From positions 96,001 to 160,000 of IMG/VR virus record IMGVR_UViG_3300042398_000969: a stretch of DNA of 64,000 nt. One strand, written 5' to 3'. The translations under genes and the position numbers were made by a program. The stretch comes from a virus. Below the pieces are notes generated by a model, which was not told where the DNA came from, made no database searches, and saw only the letters and a program-made list of their open reading frames with translations. The first letter of the stretch is position 1. Every line of letters starts with the position of its first letter. Positions 1 through 8,971 of this stretch are shown here, in pieces.

Positions 1-222
1 AGTATCATAGCCTTCTGCTGTTGCAAATGATACTAATGATACCAATTGGTACTTGTCATTCTTGTCCTGAACTTTTAATGACATTGATTTATATTGTGAA
101 ACTACTTGTTGCACATGCTCTAGTCGCCATGTTGTTGGTATCTTTAGATCCAAGCTAACGTTTTTTTCTATCTCCCTTAATGAGAAGAAATATGGTCTAA
201 GATTTGAAATTAGTTCGTACAC
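1..222 (-). CDS. Hypothetical protein, N-terminal part (runs off window start)
   Basis: Not in ORF track. Manual translation from GTG at 222-220, overlapping the upstream TAG, gives MYELISNLRPYFFSLREIEKNVSLDLKIPTTWRLEHV...EGYDT with no stop to position 1. Confidence 0.7.
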   Translation of the reverse strand, partial: MYELISNLRPYFFSLREIEKNVSLDLKIPTTWRLEHVQQVVSQYKSMSLKVQDKNDKYQLVSLVSFATAEGYDT

Positions 223-404
223 TATAATGTAATTAAAAATGTTATTATATAGGAAACTGCAAAATAAATAATAATTTCAGTTACCTTGTTTATTGTTATC
301 GGTTTTGGGTTTTCATCTCGCAGGGCGAGTAAAAACTCTGAAACATATCTTAGTAAAAAAATAATACTAAGTATGAAAAAAAATATACTAGCTATTTTCA
401 TCAT
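222..404 (-). CDS. Small membrane protein (2 TM)
   Basis: 60 aa with two hydrophobic segments; overlaps both neighbours. Confidence 0.7.
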   Translation of the reverse strand: MMKIASIFFFILSIIFLLRYVSEFLLALRDENPKPITINKVTEIIIYFAVSYIITFLITL

Positions 405-576
405 GTCTTTTTATTTCTTCTAAGATTTCTTTTCTGTAAACCCCAATCATAGCTTTAAGCTCCTGGGCGTGTTTTCTTGCTCGGATTGATGCGCTTCGAT
501 TACCCTTATCAAAAACTTTTTGAGTATCAACGGACATCTTCTCCACCAAATCTTTTATTTTCTTTAAAGTTTCCAT
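388..576 (-). CDS. Histone H1-like (Hc1-family) small DNA-binding protein
   Basis: KVFDKGNRSASIRARKHAQELK resembles the KF..KGN.AAGTR.RK..QELK core of Bacteroidota Hc1-like proteins. Confidence 0.7.
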   Translation of the reverse strand: METLKKIKDLVEKMSVDTQKVFDKGNRSASIRARKHAQELKAMIGVYRKEILEEIKRHDENS

Positions 577-649
577 TAAAAATATGTTTTTATTTAATAC
601 AATATAAATAAAAATATTGGTTTTTTAAAGTAAATAACAAGGTTTTTTT

Positions 650-1105
650 CTACTTTTTAATATTTGATTCTAAAATTTTGTAGATTTCGGTGAGCATGTC
701 TAACTCAGACCTAGTTTTTCGGTAATCAAACTTGAATAATTTTGTAAAATATTCTCTGATCCTGTTTTGAGTGGTATCATTCATATAATATGCTTCATTA
801 AAGAAATTCCACATATAATCATGATGTTGACCAGACTCCCTAAAGTGTATTGATTCTTTTTCGAAACTGTGTAAGACTTTTTTCCAACACCAATCAAAGT
901 GTTGTTTTTGTTGTGCTTCAGTGATCACAACATCCGGACCCAAATAAGTTTCGTCTATAACATCATATAATGAGATAACAAAATCATAGAACAATTCAGT
1001 TTTCTCGTGAATGATATTATAGGCTTTATACCAAACCTCTGCTTGATTACGAAAATTTTCGGATGCAATAAACTCTAAATAACCTTCATCTTTTCTCATA
1101 TCCAT
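650..1105 (-). CDS. Hypothetical protein
   Basis: 151-aa aromatic-rich helical ORF in the operon. Confidence 0.75.
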   Translation of the reverse strand: MDMRKDEGYLEFIASENFRNQAEVWYKAYNIIHEKTELFYDFVISLYDVIDETYLGPDVVITEAQQKQHFDWCWKKVLHSFEKESIHFRESGQHHDYMWNFFNEAYYMNDTTQNRIREYFTKLFKFDYRKTRSELDMLTEIYKILESNIKK

Positions 1106-1148
1106 AACATACCTTTAATATAAGGATAAAAGAATCGAAAAAAAAGCG

Positions 1149-2432
1149 TTACTGAGTTTTTTTGTTGTATGAAAACATCTCCTTCATTCTATTAACTTCT
1201 TCGGAAATTACTTTAGATTCGTTAACATTTATTGATGGGGATGGATCTTTCACGTACATTGGGGCCTCTTTTTTTGCCTCTTCCTTTCTTTTAACCTTCT
1301 TGATCATCTTTTCTCCTAACTTGCTAGGGATAACGTTCCCTATACCTTCTTGGGCATTACCCATTTTGGTGTGACCCTTAAGAGACATTTCTAATCTTTC
1401 TTTAAACTTATCAGATGGTTCAACGTCATAATCTAAATCTTCTAAACCTCCGCCTCTGTTGTCAGCAATCTCATCAGCTTCGTCGCCGGTTGATTGTCTT
1501 GCTTCAACATCACCTTCGTTGTGACCAGGAAATTCTGGATTATCGTTACCATCAAATGTCAAATATTGTTTTATTTTCTTTTCTACATCTGAAAGCGCTT
1601 GATCGTTTTGTGATCCACTTTCTTTGTGTGCTTTTTGGAAAGCTGTTAAACCAGGTACAGCTTCGTTAACCATTTGTGAAATTAAATTAACAAGTTCAGC
1701 TTCAGTTAATCTAACTGATTTTTTAGACTCATACATACCACTTCCACATTCACACATCTCTTTACCACATGTTTCACAAATTTCAACTTCTTCTTCCATT
1801 GAAGACATTCCACTACCACACTCATAACAATCTTTCTCTTCTTCAACATCAAATTCTTTACCGTCAACAGTAAAAGAATCGCCACCATCTTCTTTAGCTT
1901 TTGCTAAAGCACCAGTAAATGCGTTACCTTCTTTGGTTTCAACCTTTTTAATTTTAATTTTAGATTTTAACTCTGGCATATCATAATCATCTAAGATATC
2001 AAAAACTCTACCTGCTGGGATTTTATCACCATACATTTCACACAATTCCTTAAGATCATCTTCAGCATCAGGTACAACGTCACCAGCTTTTTTTGCTAGC
2101 TTCATTACTTGATCCATTGTAAAATGACCCTTATGTTCTTTTGATGTTTCTTTAATATTTTCCATGTTATCTAATTTTTCTGACATTGCGTCTAATTCGT
2201 CGAACGTTGGTTCTTGACCTGGTTCGATTATTAATTCTTGTTCTGGGTGTTTTTCTTCGTAACCTAATTTTTTTTCTTCAGCCTCTTCTTGAGTCTGACA
2301 AACTTCAATTGGTTCGCCCTTTTTATTTTTTATGATATAAACTTCTTTAGAGTCTGTATTCTCTAAAATAGCTCTTTTAACCTCTCTTCTTATGGTTTCT
2401 TCAATTATATCTTTTAATTTAATGTTTTCCAT
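1149..2432 (-). CDS. Acidic low-complexity protein, putative head-internal/scaffold-like
   Basis: 427 aa, very E/D-rich; CxECG repeats; RLTEAELVNLISQMVNE and C-terminal ISEEVNRMKEMF motifs; TATTTATC motif just upstream. Confidence 0.6.
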   Translation of the reverse strand: MENIKLKDIIEETIRREVKRAILENTDSKEVYIIKNKKGEPIEVCQTQEEAEEKKLGYEEKHPEQELIIEPGQEPTFDELDAMSEKLDNMENIKETSKEHKGHFTMDQVMKLAKKAGDVVPDAEDDLKELCEMYGDKIPAGRVFDILDDYDMPELKSKIKIKKVETKEGNAFTGALAKAKEDGGDSFTVDGKEFDVEEEKDCYECGSGMSSMEEEVEICETCGKEMCECGSGMYESKKSVRLTEAELVNLISQMVNEAVPGLTAFQKAHKESGSQNDQALSDVEKKIKQYLTFDGNDNPEFPGHNEGDVEARQSTGDEADEIADNRGGGLEDLDYDVEPSDKFKERLEMSLKGHTKMGNAQEGIGNVIPSKLGEKMIKKVKRKEEAKKEAPMYVKDPSPSINVNESKVISEEVNRMKEMFSYNKKTQ

Positions 2433-2433
2433 A

Positions 2434-3495
2434 CTAGATAAATATACCTTTAATCTGATTTAATACTAAATTGTTTACTTCTTTATGTGATAATCCGTAT
2501 TTTTTTGCTGTTTCTTTTATCGCTATTTTAATTTCTTCTGATTCTAGCAATTCAAGGGCACTCATATCACCCTGAGTACAATATGGATATTTTTTACACT
2601 TATCTTTTATCTTAACAAATTTACCACCTGGACCACCCCATTTAGGGAAATTCTTATCTTTAACCGCTCTACCCTTATAAATGGTATCTGGGCCACCAAT
2701 ACTTAATGGACTCTTACGTCCCTTGGTACCACCGAATAATGGTACATCATATGAACCGGAAGAACTAGCATCAGTTATCTCATCCAGTTCCTCTTCCTCA
2801 TTCATGTTATGTATTTTATTGACTACAGTTTTTTTACCTCCGAAAGCAGGGGCACTAAATGCACCGGCTGAATCAGCACCAGTCATTTCTTTAGTCTCCA
2901 TTTTTTTTAACTTAGTGTAGTATGTTGGATCTTCCCATAAATGATCCATTACAATTTCTTTGGCTTTATCCTTATCATCAGTATGTTCCATCTCAACTGG
3001 TATACCAATGGCTACTTGTCTTTTAAGAGATTGAACCATATTATCAATATGATAATAACCTTTAGCGTCATGCTTTTTTGCAATTTGGATTAAAGATTTA
3101 TTATCAGCATTACCACCTTTTAATAAATTAGAGCTATCCGATTCTTCATCTAATTTAACAACCCACAATTTGGGGTTTATTCCGTTTTTTACTAGGCCGG
3201 CCAATCTGGTGTTGCCACCTACCAAATCATAATCATCCTCATTAAACTTAACCACGATTGGTATTTCTACCACACCCTTTTCAAACGCCACCTCAAATCT
3301 TTCCTTTTTATCTTCTTCTAAGCTATCAAAATCTAAATTAACATTACCTAATACATCTTTAATTGCTTCGTAATTTGTTATTTCAAAATTATTTTGCGCA
3401 ATATCTAACCACCCCTTCTTACCCATCTCTTCGAATTCCGGGTAACGGATCGCTTCATTCCACTCTCGTTTAAAATTAGGTTTTGAATATTTCAT
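2434..3495 (-). CDS. Mosaic protein: ParB/Srx-like N-terminal domain + DUF5661-like domain + acidic tail
   Basis: IPIVVK..DYDLVGGNTRLAG is ParB-N-like; GIPVEMEHTDDKDKAKEIVMDHLWEDPTYYTKL is DUF5661-like. Confidence 0.55.
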   Translation of the reverse strand: MKYSKPNFKREWNEAIRYPEFEEMGKKGWLDIAQNNFEITNYEAIKDVLGNVNLDFDSLEEDKKERFEVAFEKGVVEIPIVVKFNEDDYDLVGGNTRLAGLVKNGINPKLWVVKLDEESDSSNLLKGGNADNKSLIQIAKKHDAKGYYHIDNMVQSLKRQVAIGIPVEMEHTDDKDKAKEIVMDHLWEDPTYYTKLKKMETKEMTGADSAGAFSAPAFGGKKTVVNKIHNMNEEEELDEITDASSSGSYDVPLFGGTKGRKSPLSIGGPDTIYKGRAVKDKNFPKWGGPGGKFVKIKDKCKKYPYCTQGDMSALELLESEEIKIAIKETAKKYGLSHKEVNNLVLNQIKGIFI

Positions 3496-3734
3496 TACTT
3501 AACACTCTTTAATGCAGATTCCCAGAAGCCTTTTCTTTGCCATAAGGTTTTAAAAAGTTCAACCACAACTTTGGTAGATAAATCTATAATCTTATCATCG
3601 ATTTTTCTAACCCCAAGTTCTTTCTGAATTATTTTAACAACAATATCATGAGCTTTAGTTGTATCTAAAAAGTTTGTGATCTCTTTCTTGACGATCTTTT
3701 CAATTTCTTTTTTGTCTTCGTTATTTAAAGCCAT
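3495..3734 (-). CDS. Hypothetical protein
   Basis: 79-aa helical ORF, translationally coupled to neighbours. Confidence 0.75.
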   Translation of the reverse strand: MALNNEDKKEIEKIVKKEITNFLDTTKAHDIVVKIIQKELGVRKIDDKIIDLSTKVVVELFKTLWQRKGFWESALKSVK

Positions 3735-3736
3735 TT

Positions 3737-4234
3737 TTAATTAGTTTTTCTAGTATTCATCATTTCATTAACCACATCTTCGAATGTGTGTTGAAACTTA
3801 TTTAACTTCTCAATTATTACCGTTGTTTCGTCATTTAACATTAACATGTCAGAATTGATATATATACCTCTATCTTCTCCAGCAATAAACACAAACCCTA
3901 AGTCTTCGCTTATTGATCCGTCTAATCTAATGCTGTTTGTGTATATATTAAATCCCTCCTCAAACGTAGCTATTTCACTAACCTGAGTTTTAAAGTTCTC
4001 AATTAATTGGTTTAGGGCATTCTTTTCCTCATCACTAATATTAAGATCTTCTTGATCAGCGCTGTGGACTTTGATTTCAACATTATTGTTTAGAACTAAA
4101 TTGTTTACTTTCTCTTCTTCTTCTTCTTTTAGGGTTGCTTTTGATGCTGTATTTTCGTTAAGGGTTCTCATTGTATTGAGCATCCTTTTTATACCATCAT
4201 ATCCTAGATTCTGCTTGTTTGACATTTTCTTCAA
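3737..4234 (-). CDS. Hypothetical acidic protein
   Basis: 165-aa ORF; TATTTATA motif at 4268-4275 upstream. Confidence 0.7.
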   Translation of the reverse strand: MKKMSNKQNLGYDGIKRMLNTMRTLNENTASKATLKEEEEEKVNNLVLNNNVEIKVHSADQEDLNISDEEKNALNQLIENFKTQVSEIATFEEGFNIYTNSIRLDGSISEDLGFVFIAGEDRGIYINSDMLMLNDETTVIIEKLNKFQHTFEDVVNEMMNTRKTN

Positions 4235-4811
4235 ATATATTAAAATTAAACGAAGGGTTTATATCTGTATAAATATCAAAGAAATTCGATTTACTGACTA
4301 TTCCATCAATGTTTTTTGCGTTTTCGATATACCCAGACGATGGTACGCAACGATATGTTATGCTGTAATTGATACATAATACGAAACAAAGCTCCGCTAA
4401 TGCGTTTAATTGGGCTTCTGTGTACACATCCCAGTAAAAGTAACCCCTCCATCCTCTGATGTGCGGGGTGCCCCTAAATGGATCGTTAATCCAATTATTG
4501 TATATTCCTGTGATTGTGTTTCTATTAAGCCATCCAAGGTTCTCGACGGCTATTTTGATTTGCTTTCGATCTATACTAGTGTTGTCAAAAGTAGTTGAAC
4601 TATATTCGGGCTCCAGTATTTTATAAATCTTACCAGCTTTTGTAATGCAAAAATGAGGGATGTCATCATAATTCCCATTTCTTCTATATTTTAACATTTT
4701 AATGAAATCATCATACTTTCTTTTAGTATCATATAAAAGGATCTGTGATTTCTTATATTTTTTTCTTTTTGTATTCGGTTTAAAAGCTTCTGCGTCTAGA
4801 ATTTCTAACAT
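4197..4811 (-). CDS. N-acetylmuramoyl-L-alanine amidase (Amidase_2)-like protein, probably catalytically degenerate
   Basis: [37 protein letters not shown] and GIVS..N..TDINP follow the Amidase_2 layout. Likely start is ATG 4811 (MLEILD), not 4865. Confidence 0.65.
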   Translation of the reverse strand: MLEILDAEAFKPNTKRKKYKKSQILLYDTKRKYDDFIKMLKYRRNGNYDDIPHFCITKAGKIYKILEPEYSSTTFDNTSIDRKQIKIAVENLGWLNRNTITGIYNNWINDPFRGTPHIRGWRGYFYWDVYTEAQLNALAELCFVLCINYSITYRCVPSSGYIENAKNIDGIVSKSNFFDIYTDINPSFNFNIFEENVKQAESRI

Positions 4812-5019
4812 TTCTTTGTATTGTTTTGTAACCACCAATAATAATTCTTGGTGTGTCCCCAACAAAAGGTGTTGGTTCTGGCGTTTCAGTTAGTGTAGGC
4901 GTCGGTGAGGGTGTCTCGGTTGGTAATATTGTGCTTGTTGGCTCCGGAGTACTAGTTGGTGTACTTGTTGGAGTTTCCGTGGGTAAAGGAGTTTCTGTAG
5001 GTGTGGGACTCGTTATGAT
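4780..5019 (-). CDS. 79-aa Pro/Thr-rich -1-frame extension of the 5013..6257 protein (putative frameshift product)
   Basis: The -1 frame after GAT TTA AAA AAA AAA reads [20 protein letters not shown]...RNSRRRSF*; it has no ATG of its own. Confidence 0.6.
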   Translation of the reverse strand: MITSPTPTETPLPTETPTSTPTSTPEPTSTILPTETPSPTPTLTETPEPTPFVGDTPRIIIGGYKTIQRNVRNSRRRSF

Positions 5020-6257
5020 TTTTTTTTTAAATCATCTTCTTCTTGATCTTGTTCTACTTCTTCATAAAGGTGGTCTCTCCAAAAACTATCGTCGGTATTT
5101 TCAGATACAGGTTCTTCAACCTTTTCATCAAAATACTCCTTAACTGATTCATCAATATTATATTTTTCTACTTCCTCTGGTGTTGCAAATGGTTCTGGAA
5201 CTACCCCATCAAACTCCTCATTCATATCTAAATCTCTTTCATATTCCTGTTGGTTCATTTCCATTATTTCTTCATCAGATAATGATGGAATATATTCTTC
5301 CTGGAAAATATTTGTTGGTTCGGGAGTTATAGTGGAAAAATTTTGTTGAATTTCTTCTTCTGTTGGTTCTTGTTGTAAAATATTTTCTATTTCTTCGTCA
5401 GTAAAAAATGGCGGTTCGTCTTCTAAACCATCCATGAGTGTAACGTCCCAATCAGAAACATCTTCTTTATCTTCTTTAATTAACGGATTATCAAATGGTT
5501 CATTATATAGACCTAGCTCTTCATCATTCTTCATCATCTCAGCCAATAGTTCACCACGTTTTTCACGTTCAGCATCAAAATCATTGATGTGGGTATGTTT
5601 CTCTCTTACTTCATCACTGTATCTTTGTGCAGCTTGTTTTAACGCTTCATTTGGTGGATTTGGATTCAACAAATGCTTTTCTAAAATCTCTAAATCGTTT
5701 TGTGATAATTTTAATCTATTAGTTTCATCAGCAATATCTGCAGATGGAACATTATCTTGAATCTTTTTATCTATATTATCTCCTTTAAGTCTGTCTTCTT
5801 CTGTAAACTGAACTAGCATGTGAAGAAAAGAAAGTGAAATTATTGGTAACATACCACCAGCAAAAAATGCTAGAAATCTTTTATGACCTACAAAATCAGT
5901 TGGATCAACTCCCATGAATTCAACAAATGGTGAAACTAATCCAACCCAATCTTTAAATGATTGAGCATTTATATCAATATATGAATAGGCAAAATATATA
6001 TTACCTATAAATTGAACAATGGTTACAATAGCAAACGGGAAATAAACTTTCTTACCCATATTTGCTGATATTGCAGCTAATGCTGATAATGCAGCTATCT
6101 CAATACCAATAGACAAATATATCGACCAGCTAACTGGATTAGATATACCATACCATTTAGTAACGTGCGAGATAGAAACAATTGCCACGGTAATGATCGG
6201 AACCAAGAACGCGGCAATTATTAATGTCTTATAATTTTTTTCTAACCAATTTTTCAT
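5013..6257 (-). CDS. Membrane protein (about 4 N-terminal TM helices) with long acidic C-terminal region
   Basis: Hydrophobic helices in about aa 10-150; E/D-rich tail; ends in an A10 run. Confidence 0.75.
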   Translation of the reverse strand: MKNWLEKNYKTLIIAAFLVPIITVAIVSISHVTKWYGISNPVSWSIYLSIGIEIAALSALAAISANMGKKVYFPFAIVTIVQFIGNIYFAYSYIDINAQSFKDWVGLVSPFVEFMGVDPTDFVGHKRFLAFFAGGMLPIISLSFLHMLVQFTEEDRLKGDNIDKKIQDNVPSADIADETNRLKLSQNDLEILEKHLLNPNPPNEALKQAAQRYSDEVREKHTHINDFDAEREKRGELLAEMMKNDEELGLYNEPFDNPLIKEDKEDVSDWDVTLMDGLEDEPPFFTDEEIENILQQEPTEEEIQQNFSTITPEPTNIFQEEYIPSLSDEEIMEMNQQEYERDLDMNEEFDGVVPEPFATPEEVEKYNIDESVKEYFDEKVEEPVSENTDDSFWRDHLYEEVEQDQEEDDLKKKS

Positions 6258-6547
6258 TTAGACTCTTGTTCTTTTTTTAGATTCTCTTTAACAATAAAAT
6301 GTAGTTCCATTAATTGCGGACCTCTATCTTTTTGTGTAATCCAATTATCATAAAAACTATGAATTGCTATCTTTTCGTTTTTATGTGCTATCTTAATACT
6401 ATCCATCATAGCAGTATTTTGTTTTTCAATTTTTTCTAACTTACTAATTTTACTTGAACTAGCACAAGATCTAAAAAAGAAAACAACTGTTAAAAATATC
6501 AGTATCTGTAGTTTATATGTTTTGATTAATTCTATTAACTTTTTCAT
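6254..6547 (-). CDS. Membrane-anchored or lipoprotein-like coiled-coil protein
   Basis: N-terminal TM followed by FFRSC, then a helical segment. Confidence 0.7.
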   Translation of the reverse strand: MKKLIELIKTYKLQILIFLTVVFFFRSCASSSKISKLEKIEKQNTAMMDSIKIAHKNEKIAIHSFYDNWITQKDRGPQLMELHFIVKENLKKEQESK

Positions 6548-6559
6548 AATGTTATATTG

Positions 6560-7372
6560 TTATAAATATTTTAGGAGAGAAAAGCTCTCGTTTCTTAATT
6601 TTTTTATTGCTTTATCTTTTAATTGACGAATCCTTTCTTTGGTGCAACCAAACTCTTCACCAAGATCCTCTAAGTTTTTTTCTGTACCCATCAATCCAAA
6701 GTAACCATCAATGATTGCTCTTTCTCTTTCATCTAGAAAAGACATCATGTAATTAATTCTGTGTTTAAGATCCTCCGCACTATTCGCTATTGTATCTGGT
6801 AATTCGGCGTTTGGATTTGCAATGATCTCAACCAAAGTATCACCATCCTCATTAATCTCTCTAAATAAATCAATTGTAGATGGTATACCTGTTAATGGAA
6901 CTTCAGAATATTCAATAAAATATTTGTCCTCATCTTTTGCAATTTCTTTCTTTGCCTTTTGTGCATCTTGAATAATGTTAGATGGAACTCTAATTGTTCT
7001 TGAGTATTCATTTAATGAATATAATATTTGTTGTTTTATCCACCACACAGCATATGAAATGAATTTAAAACCAGAAGTCACATCAAACCTTTCTATTGCT
7101 TTGATTAATCCAATATTTCCTTCGGATATTAAATCACTAATATCTAATCCTTGATTTTGATACGTTTTGGCAACCGAAATAACAAAACGTAAGTTTCCTT
7201 CTACAACCTCATCTGTTAACTTCTGTCGATCAGCTTTCGTCAGACTCTTGTTTTCTTTTAAACTTTTGAAAATTTCATACTCTCTTTCGTGAGTAATAAC
7301 AGGGATTTTCTTTAAATCCTTTAAGTAGTACTGAATTTCTTCAGTTTTAACGATGGGTGCAGTCTTCTTCAT
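6560..7372 (-). CDS. rpoD: RNA polymerase sigma-70 factor, RpoD/SigA (Bacteroidota-type)
   Basis: Region 1.2 (YYLKDLKKIPVIT), region 2 (NLRFVISVAKTYQNQGLDISDLISEGNIGLIKAIERFD..GFKFISYAVWWIKQ) and region 4 HTH (LEDLGEEFGCTKERIRQLKDKAIKKLR). Confidence 0.92.
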   Translation of the reverse strand: MKKTAPIVKTEEIQYYLKDLKKIPVITHEREYEIFKSLKENKSLTKADRQKLTDEVVEGNLRFVISVAKTYQNQGLDISDLISEGNIGLIKAIERFDVTSGFKFISYAVWWIKQQILYSLNEYSRTIRVPSNIIQDAQKAKKEIAKDEDKYFIEYSEVPLTGIPSTIDLFREINEDGDTLVEIIANPNAELPDTIANSAEDLKHRINYMMSFLDERERAIIDGYFGLMGTEKNLEDLGEEFGCTKERIRQLKDKAIKKLRNESFSLLKYL

Positions 7373-7410
7373 GTAAAGGTTATTATTATGCTAAAATAAG
7401 TAAAAAAAAT

Positions 7411-7866
7411 CTATTTTCCAAATTCATCCAGAAAATTCTTTTCTCCCTCTGTTAGACTTTCAATACCGCTAGCTTGGATCTTCTCTAAAATCTCATCTAG
7501 GTCATAGTTTGTGTCAAGATAGGTTATTCTGATTTTAATGGGTGTTTCGTCTTCCTTACTTGTTTCGGCTGGTTTGAAAATAAAATTACTCAAACTTTCT
7601 GGTAATTCAGCAAAAAATACTTTGTCTTTTTCAAACATTAAATAAAATTTAATATGCTCAATGGCTAAAGTTTCTTTAACGTCTTTTATTAGCTCTTTCC
7701 TATCCTTTTCAGAATCGAAAATAATAACACAATTACCGCCACTTTCAATAACGAATTTAATACCAGATTCTGATACCTTAGTAAAATGTTCTAGACAGAA
7801 GAATTCCAGATCTTCATGATCTTCAAACGCACCAAAAATGAAAAGAATGTATGAACCCATACCCAA
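7411..7866 (-). CDS. Hypothetical protein with C-terminal DUF6576-like motif
   Basis: C-terminal LDEILEKIQASGIESLTEGEKNFL; likely start ATG 7860. Confidence 0.6.
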   Translation of the reverse strand: MGMGSYILFIFGAFEDHEDLEFFCLEHFTKVSESGIKFVIESGGNCVIIFDSEKDRKELIKDVKETLAIEHIKFYLMFEKDKVFFAELPESLSNFIFKPAETSKEDETPIKIRITYLDTNYDLDEILEKIQASGIESLTEGEKNFLDEFGK

Positions 7867-7905
7867 ATATAGGTATTAAATTCATTTTAATACAGAGAAA
7901 TTGTA

Positions 7906-8550
7906 TTATTTTTTACTACCTATTTTCCAGTAGATACCGCCGCCAAGGTATGGTGTAAATGAGCCGCTTATTCTATCTGGGCCAACTGTGTTTTCAATAC
8001 CACCACTTATTCTATAAATTCTATCTCGTTTGTCTTTGATTATAAAGCCAAGACCAAGAAGTCTTACGTAGTTAGGGTCATCAAACTTAGAGTCAAAGCC
8101 AAAATAATAAGTTGTTTTACGTGGCTCCGGTGTATATACTGTATCTCTAACAGTTGTTTGTTTAACTTTTGCATCTATTTTCCTAGACACAATTTTGTTC
8201 TGTGAAATTTCATCAGTTACAGCAACAGTACCTTGATTATTCGGTAAAACCAATAAATCTTTATGTTCTGTTTTAGCTGTATATATTTTTAAAATTTCAG
8301 CAGTATCAACCTTCTGCATTACCGGTACTTCTACCAATTTTTCAACCTGAACCTCAACTTCGACTGGAACTTCAACCTCCACCTCAACCTCCATCTCTAC
8401 GGTATCGTGGACTGGATACGGAATTGAATCAATTCTGTGAAGGTATTCAACTCTGTTTGGCATTATTCCTTTTGGGTTAATAGCTACCAACGCTGTTGAT
8501 GCTGTTAATACCAAAATTATTATGTTTCGAATGTCTAGGTATTTCTTCAT
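7906..8550 (-). CDS. Exported envelope protein (N-terminal TM, VEV repeats, C-terminal amphipathic beta strands)
   Basis: N-terminal hydrophobic segment; ends YLGGGIYWKIGSKK; DSI/DTV/DTA sequons. Confidence 0.65.
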   Translation of the reverse strand: MKKYLDIRNIIILVLTASTALVAINPKGIMPNRVEYLHRIDSIPYPVHDTVEMEVEVEVEVPVEVEVQVEKLVEVPVMQKVDTAEILKIYTAKTEHKDLLVLPNNQGTVAVTDEISQNKIVSRKIDAKVKQTTVRDTVYTPEPRKTTYYFGFDSKFDDPNYVRLLGLGFIIKDKRDRIYRISGGIENTVGPDRISGSFTPYLGGGIYWKIGSKK

Positions 8551-8551
8551 T

Positions 8552-8971
8552 TTATTTAAGTAATAACATTGATGTTGCTATAACACCAACAAATGAACCA
8601 ATCTTATACAAAAAAGTCTTTCTTCTTTGCCCCTTCAACTCTTTTAATAAGCCGTCAGATTTAGCCCTTTCTAAAGAAAATTGTTCGTCTTTCTTTGAAA
8701 TGATAAGTTCTAGATTACTTATTTTTTGATCTTTTAAGGTGTCTTTTTGTTTAAATAGATTAATTTGATCGTCTTTTAAACTGATTACTTTTTTCAATTC
8801 AGCGATTTCTAGCTTAGCACCATCATAACGAAGTAGATCTTGGTATACTAATCTAGCAACTCTTGTTGATAAGACCACCTTAGTTGTATCTTGCTTATTT
8901 AGAGTATCTGTCTGTGAATAACTGCTCAAGCTCAGTGTTACCAATAGTGTTAACAATATTAACTTTTTCAT
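8552..8971 (-). CDS. Signal-peptide coiled-coil protein with C-terminal TM (spanin-like?)
   Basis: MKKLILLTLLVTLSLSSYSQ signal peptide, heptad region, C-terminal hydrophobic helix; overlaps next gene by 77 nt. Confidence 0.65.
   Translation of the reverse strand: MKKLILLTLLVTLSLSSYSQTDTLNKQDTTKVVLSTRVARLVYQDLLRYDGAKLEIAELKKVISLKDDQINLFKQKDTLKDQKISNLELIISKKDEQFSLERAKSDGLLKELKGQRRKTFLYKIGSFVGVIATSMLLLK

Noticed and set aside
4812-4865. ORF-track N-terminal extension of the amidase-like gene
   Set aside because: The TTG start is weak and the region is better explained by the -1-frame extension of the upstream gene; ATG 4811 is preferred.
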